This document shows positions 8,233 through 17,479 of a stretch of DNA of 64,000 nucleotides, piece by piece. The stretch is from the IMG/VR virus record IMGVR_UViG_3300030376_007544, positions 64,361-128,360 of that record; one strand, given 5' to 3'. How positions within the stretch are numbered: the stretch's first letter is position 1; the number at the start of each line of letters is the position of its first letter. The notes beneath the pieces are model-generated. The model made no database searches. It had not been told where the DNA came from and saw only the letters and a program-made list of their open reading frames with translations. The DNA is from a virus. Lineage: Duplodnaviria > Caudoviricetes. Position numbers and translations under genes: made by a program.

Positions 8233-8354
8233 TATTTGTCCTCCTCGGTGTTTGTTTGGCTAGATGGGTGGCGAAGTTTAGCCTCTTCCCTATCGAGCTC
8301 TTCAAGTTTATCATTCATTGCCTGTTGAAGCAATGCATCTAAGTAAATTTTCAT
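8232..8354 (-). CDS. 40-aa peptide with a sigma region-4 tail motif (MKIYLDALLQQAMNDKLEELDREEAKLRHPSSQTNTEEDK), not in the ORF track
   Basis: GAGGAG RBS; own promoter upstream; TAATG overlap with the sigma start. Confidence 0.8.
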   Translation of the reverse strand: MKIYLDALLQQAMNDKLEELDREEAKLRHPSSQTNTEEDK

Positions 8355-8404
8355 ATATACGCTCCTCGCTGTTCGATGTGTAATTTTTGAGTTACTGTGG
8401 TATC

Positions 8405-8433
8405 ACTTTAGCACATAAAAGTACCAAAGTCAA
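8405..8433 (-). promoter_or_regulatory. Promoter for the peptide-sigma operon, TTGACT-17-TAAAGT with extended TGn
   Basis: Hexamers and spacer counted by hand. Confidence 0.7.
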
Positions 8434-8506
8434 GGCTAAAACGGAACTTTTGTCAGTAAGATGTAAGTTTTGTATCTATGTTGATACTTTTGTATTTAAT
8501 TATGGC

Positions 8507-10438
8507 CTAAAATTCTGTACTAACTCGGTTAAAAAGGTGGTCTTTGAGAGATTTATCGCCATACTTGTTTCGATCTTCATCACTAAGGTCAACAACACAG
8601 TGTTCGTCCTCTGTATATAACGTTCCCCATGAGTCACCACCTAGATCAGGTTCAGATGTAATGTGTACATCTTTAAGTATCATTTCCATTGTAACGCCTG
8701 CATGACGGCATAATTCTTCTGCATCTTCCTTAGGGAAACTAAATAAGATCTCATCATGTATAGGTAGTAATGCATACTCCCACAACCCAGCCTCTTGGAC
8801 CTTTATCATGGCTCTACCTAGAACATCTCTTGCCGTGGACTGTATGCAATAGTTTAGGGCAGCATATGGGCGCTCTTTATCTACAGGAAGTTTCCTGCCT
8901 GTATGGGTTATCACGTAATTTCTTTGCCCACGTTTAACTGGGGCTGCCAATTGGTGAGAATACTTTGTCACTCCCTGATATGTGGAATCAAACAAGTCGC
9001 ATACTTTTTGCGCTTCCTCAACAGATAATCCAGATTGTCTCGCTAGAGTTTTAGGTCCAGCTCCATAAACTTTACCAAAATTAACAGTTTTTGCAATTTT
9101 TCTTGTAACTCCTGTGTTGTCAGCAGTTGCTTGATGTAAATCATCATTTTTACTAAAAATATCTAACATTACAGGATCTTGGGATAGTGCTGCAAGGACT
9201 CTCAACTCTACACCAGAAAAGTCAATTGACGCCATAGAACAGCCTTCTTCCGCTAAAAACATACGGCGTATAGCATCTTGACCAGCAGGTAATTGCTGTA
9301 AAGGAGGATTACTTATTGACATTCTACCTGTTCTAGCCTGAAGACTGTTTATGCTAGGGTGAACTCTACCGTGCGCATCCATACTGTCTATGCATGCAAT
9401 AACATAAGCATCTCTCCATTTAGCATTGTTTTTCGCTGCCATTACCGACTTTGCCAGCATGGCCGCATTTCCCAATGAGTCATCATTTGCTATGTTAGTT
9501 AGTATTGTTTTATCAACTTTTAACGCACCAGAATTCGTAGTTTCTATAAGTTTAGCCCCTAATGATTGAAGAGCCTCCGCTACTTGCTTAGTGGCGTTAT
9601 GGTTTTCAACCCCAAAAGAACTAATTATACCAAGGTGGCGTTCTTCCTCCTTAGTCATCTCTTCAGCAAGGTTTCTAGCGTAGTCAACATCAAGACGAAT
9701 ACCACGTCTTTGCATGTCCACGACAAGCCTAGATATAGTATGCTCGTATTTAACTAGATGTTCCATTGTCTTACGCTTAACTTCGTCCCTTAACTTAGGA
9801 AAAAGTCTAGCAGTTAAGATAACATCTGTACCTGCGTAATGAACAAGAGTGGGGTGTGACGCAGGAATGTTCTTCCAGCCTTCTTGAATACTCCAGCCCT
9901 GTTTCTTAAATATGTCTTTAAGTGCCGAGTCAGAGTCAGGTGCTGACGGATCAACGTGGAATGTTGAGAGCATCTTTAGCCCGTGTCCTACACCACCTTC
10001 AGATCTACTCCTAGGATCTGCTAAATGAGCAAGTATCTTTGTGTCATACGTTCGCTCTAGCATCTCTATAGCATCAACGTGCCCATGCCTATCAAGTCCT
10101 AACGTATCATAAGCTGCGTTATGCGCTAGAAGCCTGTAGTCTGTGTCATTCATGACTATATCGATTGACTTCTGGAACCAAGGCTCTGTCCACAAAAATA
10201 CGTAGGCAGTGTCCTTGTCGCCCCATTGAATGCTTTTAATCTCCCACTCTGGTGAGAAAATGTCTAAACCAGTTGCTTCGATGTCATATGCCAACGGACG
10301 CTTTCTCTCAAAAAGCCAGTCTCTAAAGTCAGCAAATTGATCGTCTGACCTTACGAGAATAACCTCGCCTAATGAATTGTCTGCTGTATATGTATCGTGT
10401 AACCAGTCGTCTAATAGTGTTATCGGTGCATCTGTCAT
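8507..10438 (-). CDS. polA: Family A DNA polymerase (3'-5' exonuclease plus polymerase; Phe at the 762-equivalent position)
   Basis: YDIEATG ExoI, ARTGRMS, DFSGVELR motif A, AKTVNFG..YG motif B, IHDE motif C. Confidence 0.96.
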   Translation of the reverse strand: MTDAPITLLDDWLHDTYTADNSLGEVILVRSDDQFADFRDWLFERKRPLAYDIEATGLDIFSPEWEIKSIQWGDKDTAYVFLWTEPWFQKSIDIVMNDTDYRLLAHNAAYDTLGLDRHGHVDAIEMLERTYDTKILAHLADPRSRSEGGVGHGLKMLSTFHVDPSAPDSDSALKDIFKKQGWSIQEGWKNIPASHPTLVHYAGTDVILTARLFPKLRDEVKRKTMEHLVKYEHTISRLVVDMQRRGIRLDVDYARNLAEEMTKEEERHLGIISSFGVENHNATKQVAEALQSLGAKLIETTNSGALKVDKTILTNIANDDSLGNAAMLAKSVMAAKNNAKWRDAYVIACIDSMDAHGRVHPSINSLQARTGRMSISNPPLQQLPAGQDAIRRMFLAEEGCSMASIDFSGVELRVLAALSQDPVMLDIFSKNDDLHQATADNTGVTRKIAKTVNFGKVYGAGPKTLARQSGLSVEEAQKVCDLFDSTYQGVTKYSHQLAAPVKRGQRNYVITHTGRKLPVDKERPYAALNYCIQSTARDVLGRAMIKVQEAGLWEYALLPIHDEILFSFPKEDAEELCRHAGVTMEMILKDVHITSEPDLGGDSWGTLYTEDEHCVVDLSDEDRNKYGDKSLKDHLFNRVSTEF

Positions 10439-10448
10439 AAATTGTGGT

Positions 10449-11228
10449 CTACGGAACTATTTCCGGCCTTTCTATCTTCTCAGCCAATCTTGTTCTACTG
10501 TATGACTTACAGTCATTACATTGGTGTGTTTGGTACGTCGCCGACTGCGTTGTGCGCTTGCCACGTTTCTGTAGATTGTCTGAACCACATGTCGGGCAAG
10601 ATGCCCCACCAGTGTATACGTTTAAGTTCGGGTGATTAGTCATCCATGGGCGTAGTTTCATGTATACGTCTCTTAAAAGCGCTACGTCCTGTCGTGCGTA
10701 CTTTATCATTGTTCTCCATGCCTTTTTGTCGCCACGCATACAACCAGCCCAAGTCTCAAACCCACCAGTAGAGACTTTACGTCCTACTCCAAGATAGTTA
10801 CCTAGATGGTCTAATTTATTGCTGTTAAACATAAAATATTTACGAGCAACTTTAAGTGTGTCAACTTGGCGAACTGGGGACACTGGACCTAATCCGTGTG
10901 CCACAAATCTAGCGTTAGCCTTTCTCATGTCAAACCGATCTCCATTATGAGCAATAACTATGTCCGCTTTGTTAAAAAGTTCATGGAGCTTTTTAACTAC
11001 GTGTAGATCGTTTTCGGGATCTTGCTTGTATGAGTCAGGGAAATCTACAAGTGAACACACATGTGTCTTTTTTTCATTTTCCCATCGGTAAGAAACGCAT
11101 AACATGTACCACTCTCTGTCATGATCAATAACGTTCTGCTCGTATTGACCCCACACATAACTCAAGTTAGGTGCAGTCTCAATATCGTAGTACAATATGT
11201 TTGCTTTTGTCTTTGTCTGTTTACTCAT
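10449..11228 (-). CDS. DnaQ/RNase H-like (YprB-type) exonuclease with C-terminal zinc ribbon
   Basis: YDIET, AHNGDRFD, YARQDV; CPTCGS...CNDC. Confidence 0.85.
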   Translation of the reverse strand: MSKQTKTKANILYYDIETAPNLSYVWGQYEQNVIDHDREWYMLCVSYRWENEKKTHVCSLVDFPDSYKQDPENDLHVVKKLHELFNKADIVIAHNGDRFDMRKANARFVAHGLGPVSPVRQVDTLKVARKYFMFNSNKLDHLGNYLGVGRKVSTGGFETWAGCMRGDKKAWRTMIKYARQDVALLRDVYMKLRPWMTNHPNLNVYTGGASCPTCGSDNLQKRGKRTTQSATYQTHQCNDCKSYSRTRLAEKIERPEIVP

Positions 11229-11512
11229 AATGTTGTGCTTTCTCTATTGTCTAAGTGTAGCATACTCTCGCCGTCAATGCAAGCATATAGCCGTTTAATG
11301 TCTTCTAATTGGTAAAAACCAGTGTCTGCCTTAAAAAATGTTCTTCGATCTCTTCGTTCTTTTTTTAGAATACCTTCCTTAACTAGGCGATCTAAAGACC
11401 TCCAAACATGCTGGTAATGCATTCCCAAAAGCCTACTTATTTGTCTTTGATTCATAGTAGGGTTCTCTAAAACCGCAAGAAGAACCTTTGTATTATTTGT
11501 CAGAATCCTCAT
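11225..11512 (-). CDS. Winged-helix (MarR-like) DNA-binding protein
   Basis: LTN..KVL.AVLENP.MNQRQISRLLG...VWRSLDRLVKEG. Confidence 0.75.
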   Translation of the reverse strand: MRILTNNTKVLLAVLENPTMNQRQISRLLGMHYQHVWRSLDRLVKEGILKKERRDRRTFFKADTGFYQLEDIKRLYACIDGESMLHLDNRESTTL

Positions 11513-12002
11513 CGAATGTTATTGACTCCATTACAGACAAAGATAAATCCATCTCTGCTAGTTTCGCTTCTAAGGCATGTGTTTTTTCAAGAGCAATTCC
11601 TAATTTTCCAAAAGTGTCAGAAACGACAGATGTAAGGTATATTAGTTTTTCATCTGTAGAAGTAATAGAATTTAAGTGTTGCATTACTTCTGATTCAGCA
11701 ACATCATATTCATTGAGTTTCTTTTGAATAAGTGATCTGTAGCTTACGAGCGTTGGTGTAAAGTTAGTGTTTTCTGAAATAACATGCAACAAAAACTCTT
11801 CAAAGTTTTCTCCAATTGATAAACAAGTACCATCTTGGTTAACATACCCCTCTTTGATTAAGAGTCGTAAAGAATCATGCACCCATTTCTCGCTTGTGCG
11901 AAAAACTCCATCTTTTGCGATAAGTAAATCTAAGGCTCTGATTGTGTCTTTAGTGGAGTCTAGACGTATTGTTTCGGTAATTGCGTGTGTAACTTTTTTC
12001 AT
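11493..12002 (-). CDS. Hypothetical protein with C-terminal coiled coil
   Basis: Leaderless start behind TTGACA-17-TATCAT (12009-12037). Confidence 0.75.
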   Translation of the reverse strand: MKKVTHAITETIRLDSTKDTIRALDLLIAKDGVFRTSEKWVHDSLRLLIKEGYVNQDGTCLSIGENFEEFLLHVISENTNFTPTLVSYRSLIQKKLNEYDVAESEVMQHLNSITSTDEKLIYLTSVVSDTFGKLGIALEKTHALEAKLAEMDLSLSVMESITFDEDSDK

Positions 12003-12039
12003 AAAACTATGATACTAGCAAAATGGGAACCTGTCAAGG

Positions 12040-12399
12040 TTATCTTTTTCCACCAAAGTATTCAGTTGCGTGGCCATTTTCAAGTAAATCGTCATTTAAG
12101 CACTTATTCCGTTCTTCATCAAGGAAAATGTTGCCTAATATTCTTCCATATTTACCTCCAGCATCTTTAAATGTTTGAATGTAAAAATGGTCACTTTGAC
12201 TCAACCAGTTTTGGACAAAAGACTTAGCTTTTAAGCCCAACTCCTTTTCCTCTAAATCACGTGTTCTTGTTTCTGGTGTATTCACACCATATAAGCGTAC
12301 TCTAGCCTTATGTAAGACATCAAAACCCAAGTCAATTACAACATCAACTGTGTCGCCGTCTACAACTCGATCTAAAGTAACCTTATAAAAGTATCTCAT
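12040..12399 (-). CDS. Thermonuclease (SNase-like)
   Basis: VVDGDT, RVRLYGVNTPE, GKYGRILG. Confidence 0.9.
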   Translation of the reverse strand: MRYFYKVTLDRVVDGDTVDVVIDLGFDVLHKARVRLYGVNTPETRTRDLEEKELGLKAKSFVQNWLSQSDHFYIQTFKDAGGKYGRILGNIFLDEERNKCLNDDLLENGHATEYFGGKR

Positions 12400-12427
12400 A
12401 CCTCTATTCTACCGAAATATGTAGAAA

Positions 12428-13222
12428 TTAGCACCAACTGCCACTCATGTACCACGGTTGCCATCTGCACCCATAGTGCCGATCAGCAAAATCTGAGATA
12501 ATTTTTGCTTGTGTTAGGTTTATTGCAGGATCTAAAAGGTCTTCTCTAGATATACCTTGACTAGATAACCTATCTCCATGTGCTGCCCAATTAACTTGGG
12601 TAAGCCCATAGTCCTCTGTGGCGCTGATGGCATCAGATTGGCAACGTGTTTCTGCCCACATGATTGATCCAAGTTGTAGGAGGTCTGATTCTTGCCACCC
12701 TACAGAGCGTGCTGTGTCCCACCACTCTGTACATCGTGGTGTAATGGCGTAGGACGGTACGCTTGGGACATTAGTGCTGTCTAGCCCTACTGCTTCGAGT
12801 TCCTTAATATGTGCCTCTCTCGTCATGTGCCCATACACCCCATCATCTTCTACGCCTATGATTCCTTGTAAAATTTTAACCCTCGCACTAGTTTCATTCC
12901 ATTGATAGTCTGTTGTGAGGGCAAACATGGCTACACCTTGCTCTAATTCCGCAATTGAAGGTTCTTGTAGTATTGTGACCTCTGGTTCCGCTTGCACTGC
13001 TAACGGAGTTGAGACTGGAATTTCACTAACAAGTGTAACTTCGTCTGCTATTGACTCACTCAAGGGTGCGTAGGGTGTTTTTTCTTCATAGCTGCTTAAT
13101 TCGATTATTGATACAATCCCATCTTCTTTTGGAACGGTACCTTCAGGAGAGGTTGTATTCGCTACAACAGCCGCACCCATAAAGCCAAGAAAAATTAAGC
13201 CAAGAAGTTTATCTGTATTCAT
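12428..13222 (-). CDS. Secreted/anchored protein with a PG-binding-like segment and a C-terminal lytic-transglycosylase (SLT)-like domain
   Basis: N-terminal hydrophobic signal; VKILQ..IGVEDDGVYG..T; MWAETRC...DYGLTQVN; promoter TTGACA-17-TAAAGT at 13256-13284. Confidence 0.7.
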   Translation of the reverse strand: MNTDKLLGLIFLGFMGAAVVANTTSPEGTVPKEDGIVSIIELSSYEEKTPYAPLSESIADEVTLVSEIPVSTPLAVQAEPEVTILQEPSIAELEQGVAMFALTTDYQWNETSARVKILQGIIGVEDDGVYGHMTREAHIKELEAVGLDSTNVPSVPSYAITPRCTEWWDTARSVGWQESDLLQLGSIMWAETRCQSDAISATEDYGLTQVNWAAHGDRLSSQGISREDLLDPAINLTQAKIISDFADRHYGCRWQPWYMSGSWC

Positions 13223-13315
13223 AGTAATTAACGTCCTTTCATAAAGATAGTAGATACTTTAACACAAGGTCATAAATTTGTCAAATTAATAGCAAAAACC
13301 TGTAAAAGACTTTCT

Positions 13316-14506
13316 CTAAGCAGATTCTAACGCTTCTACTTTGTCTGCCAGTTTTTGAATTGCTTGAAGCATCATAGGCACAAGAACGCTGTATCTAATG
13401 TTTTTAATACCGTCTTGATCTGTTTTTACTAAACCGGGAATATGTTTTTCAGTTTCCTGAGCGATCAAACCCAGTAACTTTGGACCCGGAGTAGTTGCAT
13501 CAATAATAGAAAATTCTCGTGTACTTTCAATAGGTTCTCCCGTATCGTTATAGTCGTAGGTTATCCTTACAGACTTGTCAAAATTGAAGTTTTTAACCTC
13601 AAGTTTACGAAGATCAGCATAATAATCTCTAGGATTTTCAATATTTGTTTTCAAACGCTCATCTGAAAGACCAGTATACGAGTTGTTTGTGTTCTGTACA
13701 TCTCCGTCTGCTTCAACCTGAAAATGCTTTGTGCCCGTTGAGGTGACATCAGACAATAAATATATGCAGTCATGCGTAGAAGTAGAAGTTGTTCTATAAA
13801 ACGCCGCAGCAATAGTATTTGCTTTAACAGAAAAGAATCCATCAGTGCCCGGAAAATCAGCGCCACCTGTTGACCCAACATAAACATAGCCAGCAGATCC
13901 AGTAATATACAATCTAGATGTTTCGTTCGTAGCAAGAGTCAATCCTCGTGCGGCAGAGTTGTGTCCAACCCACATCATAGAACCATCTCCTGCAATACCA
14001 CCTGTATATCCACTAAACGCAATACTAAGTTGTCCGTCCCAGTTGGCATCAGGGGTAACATTTGTGCTAGCATTTACATAAAATTCATCACACTTTACCT
14101 GAAATAAATCTAATTTAGCGTTGTTACCCATATACACTTTTCCACCCTCAGTCTGCAAATGCAAATCACCCGCAGTCGTAGCGTCACTCTTAGACATTAT
14201 CTCATTAGCATCAATCGCTAAATGCTGACCTGTGCCATCTCCGCCAGTAATTAAACAACCAGACACAGCATCTAAATCGGCGTCATCAGTATTCTTTAAA
14301 AGTAAACGTGTGCCATCAAAACAGAAATCAGCGTCACCAGCAAAAGCACTAGAACTATTTTTGAACTGTACCTGCGTATCTGAACCCGCAGGAGCTAAGG
14401 CTGTGGCGACAGTAAGTTTCCAAACTGTACCGTCCCAAATCCATGTTAAATCGCCTTGTGTGACAGTATCGTTCGTAGAAGGGCTGTCAGGAAAATTTAT
14501 AGCCAT
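13316..14506 (-). CDS. Tail fibre with C-terminal intramolecular chaperone (peptidase S74)
   Basis: SDERLKTNI...GLIAQE...YSVLVP...AIQKL. Confidence 0.85.
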   Translation of the reverse strand: MAINFPDSPSTNDTVTQGDLTWIWDGTVWKLTVATALAPAGSDTQVQFKNSSSAFAGDADFCFDGTRLLLKNTDDADLDAVSGCLITGGDGTGQHLAIDANEIMSKSDATTAGDLHLQTEGGKVYMGNNAKLDLFQVKCDEFYVNASTNVTPDANWDGQLSIAFSGYTGGIAGDGSMMWVGHNSAARGLTLATNETSRLYITGSAGYVYVGSTGGADFPGTDGFFSVKANTIAAAFYRTTSTSTHDCIYLLSDVTSTGTKHFQVEADGDVQNTNNSYTGLSDERLKTNIENPRDYYADLRKLEVKNFNFDKSVRITYDYNDTGEPIESTREFSIIDATTPGPKLLGLIAQETEKHIPGLVKTDQDGIKNIRYSVLVPMMLQAIQKLADKVEALESA

Positions 14507-17397
14507 TATGCACTCTCCAATGCTTCTAAGCGAGTAGTTAGTTCTTGTACCGCTTTAACTAGCGGAGCAATAATTTCTGTGTATCGTAAAGATTGACGTG
14601 GTTCGTTATCAACCTCAGTTTTTTGAGGTATATCGTTCTCATCTGTAATAGGGCGCATAACTTTCGTTCCCTCTTTAACAGTGTTTAACCCCCACATAGA
14701 CTGTTCTGCGGAATCGGCTTGAGCGTCTAAAACTGTTTTAACTTCTTGAGCGATAAAGCCTTGATGCTTCCTAGAGCCGTCTTTCCATTTGTATTCAACA
14801 GGTCGTAAAGCCTTAATGAAGTTAAGTCCTAACGTGGCATCAGAAATGTCTTTTTTGAGGTTTACGTCTGATGTTTGGATAGTTCCGTTGGTTGCATAAA
14901 CATCGTCCCAGCGAGTACTGCTAGACCCTAAATCAAAAGTGTTATCTGAATAAGGGAGAAAGCCGGTAGTGGAATTATTTGTTGTATAAAATTTCCAAGT
15001 TCCACCAGCAGCCATATAAAGATATCCATTAGAAGCACTGCCTCTTAGATGCAAGTCATCGTTACCCGGCGAACCCACATAACTCATCGTATTGGAATCA
15101 CTGTCGTAGAATATTATGTACATACCTTCATTAGTAGCAGCGCCGTAATATGCTGCGTAAGAACCAGCACTTATATAATATTTGTTTGTTCCTGAATTTT
15201 TCCAAGTATGTGAATACGCATTGTAAAGCATGTGGGCGTAACTAGTTTTATCGCCAGTGGCATGCGCTCTTAACTCAGGATAGTTATTTAACCCACTATC
15301 CCCGATACTTATTTCTCTGTTTTGAGCCTTAACAGTTAAGTTTTGCTCAGGAGCCGAAGTACCAATACCAACCTTACCGTCACTTAAAATAGTCATTCTC
15401 TCAGTGTCGTTAGATATAAACCTAACCCTATGCGCTGAACTAGTTCCAAACAGTGCAGTATTAGAACTATCAGAACCTATATAAGTAGTAGCCGTACCAT
15501 TCAACGATCTAAAGTACGCAGCACCAGACGTTGCAACTACATCTAACCTACCTTCTGACTCATCCCATAAAAGATGATCGCCAGCACCGGCACCATAAAA
15601 CTTAACATCATGGCCAGTGTCATCAACCCCAACCGTCAAAGTGCCGGTCATTGTAGAGTTGCCTGAAATTTTTAAATCAACTATATAGGCTTCTGACCAC
15701 TCTTTTGACGAAGATCCAAGTTTATAGCCCTCATCGGCATAAGGCTCAAGTCCAGTTGAAGAAAAGTTTACTTCATACTCACCCTCTGCCCTAATAGCAA
15801 TAGAACCTTCAGATTCAATGAACATATTACCTGAAGTAAGGTTTTTCATATACCAGTTAGTATTAGCACTAAAACCAAAATATCCCAACTGGGTTCCATC
15901 ATCATCTACAAAATCAACCCTACTACCTTTGTTTGCTTGATTATGCCAAATCTCAAGTGCTGCTGCATCAGTATTTGCAGTGCCTCCCCGAACAACTACC
16001 TTTCTGACTGGGGAAGTTTGGTCAGAAGGGGTAACCCAAAACTCTATATCAGACGGAGTATAGTTATCAGAATAAAAGTACTCTCCTACTAAAGTCTTAA
16101 TTGCAGCAGCATGATGGTATCCATTGCTGGCTGTCTGCCCATAAAAATCTATTTGCCCATAAACGGCATCTTTGTCAAGCCTTCCAGCGCCAGCAGCCTC
16201 AGACTTATAAAAAGCGATATTACCAGAATGTGCTTCAGTATCGCTGGCTACATCTAGTTTAATTCCTGTGTTGGCACCGCTTTTTGTCATGGTAATTAAG
16301 GAAGATCCATCGTAAACAAAGTTGGCGTTTCCTGCTAAAGAACCAGAACTATTGTACTGAACTTGAGTATTGGCTCCACCAGTAGCGGCAGACGCTCCAC
16401 CAACCTCAACCCACTGATTGCTAGAACCATCACCATAATAAATAAAAGTTTTACCAGTATCAGACTCGAACCAAAGGTTACCAGCCGAAGGGCTACCCGG
16501 AGCGCTGTCAGCAATCGTGACACTAGCGCCACCACCCCCAGAAGCATCTTCCCAAGCAACACCACTTCCTGTTGAAGTTAAAACCTGTCCATCAGAACCC
16601 TGACCACCATTAACTTTGAAATTGACAGCATCTACAGTGTCTTTAACAATCAAAGCGTCTGCTGATTCATCCCACAGCATGTATTTACTAGCAGTAGCTC
16701 CAAAGAACTTCACATCATAACCTGTGTCATCAACACCAACATTTAATGTGGCATCTAATTGTAATGTTTTGTGAATTGTTGTTTGTACAGATCCACCATC
16801 TACAGTAATATATGCTGTTTCTCCACCACTTCCATCGTCTGAACTCAATACGATATCACCATCTGTATTGTAATTAGTTATCTGGATATTACCAGTAGTT
16901 TCACTTATTTGTAAATTACTTCCGGTATGTTTTATGTTCCCGTCTCCACCTGCCTTACTACCGAGACATATTTTTACATTATCTACTAATACTAGAGAGT
17001 CTTCACTTTCATCCCATTCCATGTACCTTCCAGATGTTGCACCAAAAAACTTAACGTCTACGCCAGTGTCATTAACACCAAAGGTGGTAGCGCCATCTAT
17101 TTGAACGGTTCCGTCAATATCAACATCGTCAAGGTTGGTTGTGCCGTCAATGTCAGCATTCCCAGAAATATCCAAACTCGCAGCAACAAAACCATCATCA
17201 GTTTTAAGAACATTTGCAGCGTTTCGATACAGCGTAGTATCACCAGCGCTAGACCCGCCAGCACCCCAAGTGATTTTACCGCCAGCATCAATAAGAACCC
17301 TATTTTGTGAATCGCCGTCAACTTTGATAGAAAGTGCTTGTGAGGATGCAGAAGCAAGTCCGTCAAAAGAAATAGCGGTTCTAAAGCTTTGTGCCAT
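14506..17397 (-). CDS. Long tail fibre with S74 chaperone (start probably MAQSF at 17397)
   Basis: TSDVNLKKDI...GFIAQEV...LRYTEIIAPLVKAVQEL; repeated GVDDTG.DVKF.GA modules. Confidence 0.85.
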   Translation of the reverse strand: MAQSFRTAISFDGLASASSQALSIKVDGDSQNRVLIDAGGKITWGAGGSSAGDTTLYRNAANVLKTDDGFVAASLDISGNADIDGTTNLDDVDIDGTVQIDGATTFGVNDTGVDVKFFGATSGRYMEWDESEDSLVLVDNVKICLGSKAGGDGNIKHTGSNLQISETTGNIQITNYNTDGDIVLSSDDGSGGETAYITVDGGSVQTTIHKTLQLDATLNVGVDDTGYDVKFFGATASKYMLWDESADALIVKDTVDAVNFKVNGGQGSDGQVLTSTGSGVAWEDASGGGGASVTIADSAPGSPSAGNLWFESDTGKTFIYYGDGSSNQWVEVGGASAATGGANTQVQYNSSGSLAGNANFVYDGSSLITMTKSGANTGIKLDVASDTEAHSGNIAFYKSEAAGAGRLDKDAVYGQIDFYGQTASNGYHHAAAIKTLVGEYFYSDNYTPSDIEFWVTPSDQTSPVRKVVVRGGTANTDAAALEIWHNQANKGSRVDFVDDDGTQLGYFGFSANTNWYMKNLTSGNMFIESEGSIAIRAEGEYEVNFSSTGLEPYADEGYKLGSSSKEWSEAYIVDLKISGNSTMTGTLTVGVDDTGHDVKFYGAGAGDHLLWDESEGRLDVVATSGAAYFRSLNGTATTYIGSDSSNTALFGTSSAHRVRFISNDTERMTILSDGKVGIGTSAPEQNLTVKAQNREISIGDSGLNNYPELRAHATGDKTSYAHMLYNAYSHTWKNSGTNKYYISAGSYAAYYGAATNEGMYIIFYDSDSNTMSYVGSPGNDDLHLRGSASNGYLYMAAGGTWKFYTTNNSTTGFLPYSDNTFDLGSSSTRWDDVYATNGTIQTSDVNLKKDISDATLGLNFIKALRPVEYKWKDGSRKHQGFIAQEVKTVLDAQADSAEQSMWGLNTVKEGTKVMRPITDENDIPQKTEVDNEPRQSLRYTEIIAPLVKAVQELTTRLEALESA

Positions 17398-17479
17398 GGC
17401 CTCAACCAATCATGTATAGGGGCGTCCTCAAACGCATTTACACATATTATAGCACATTAAGTATTGTGTACTCCAGAGG

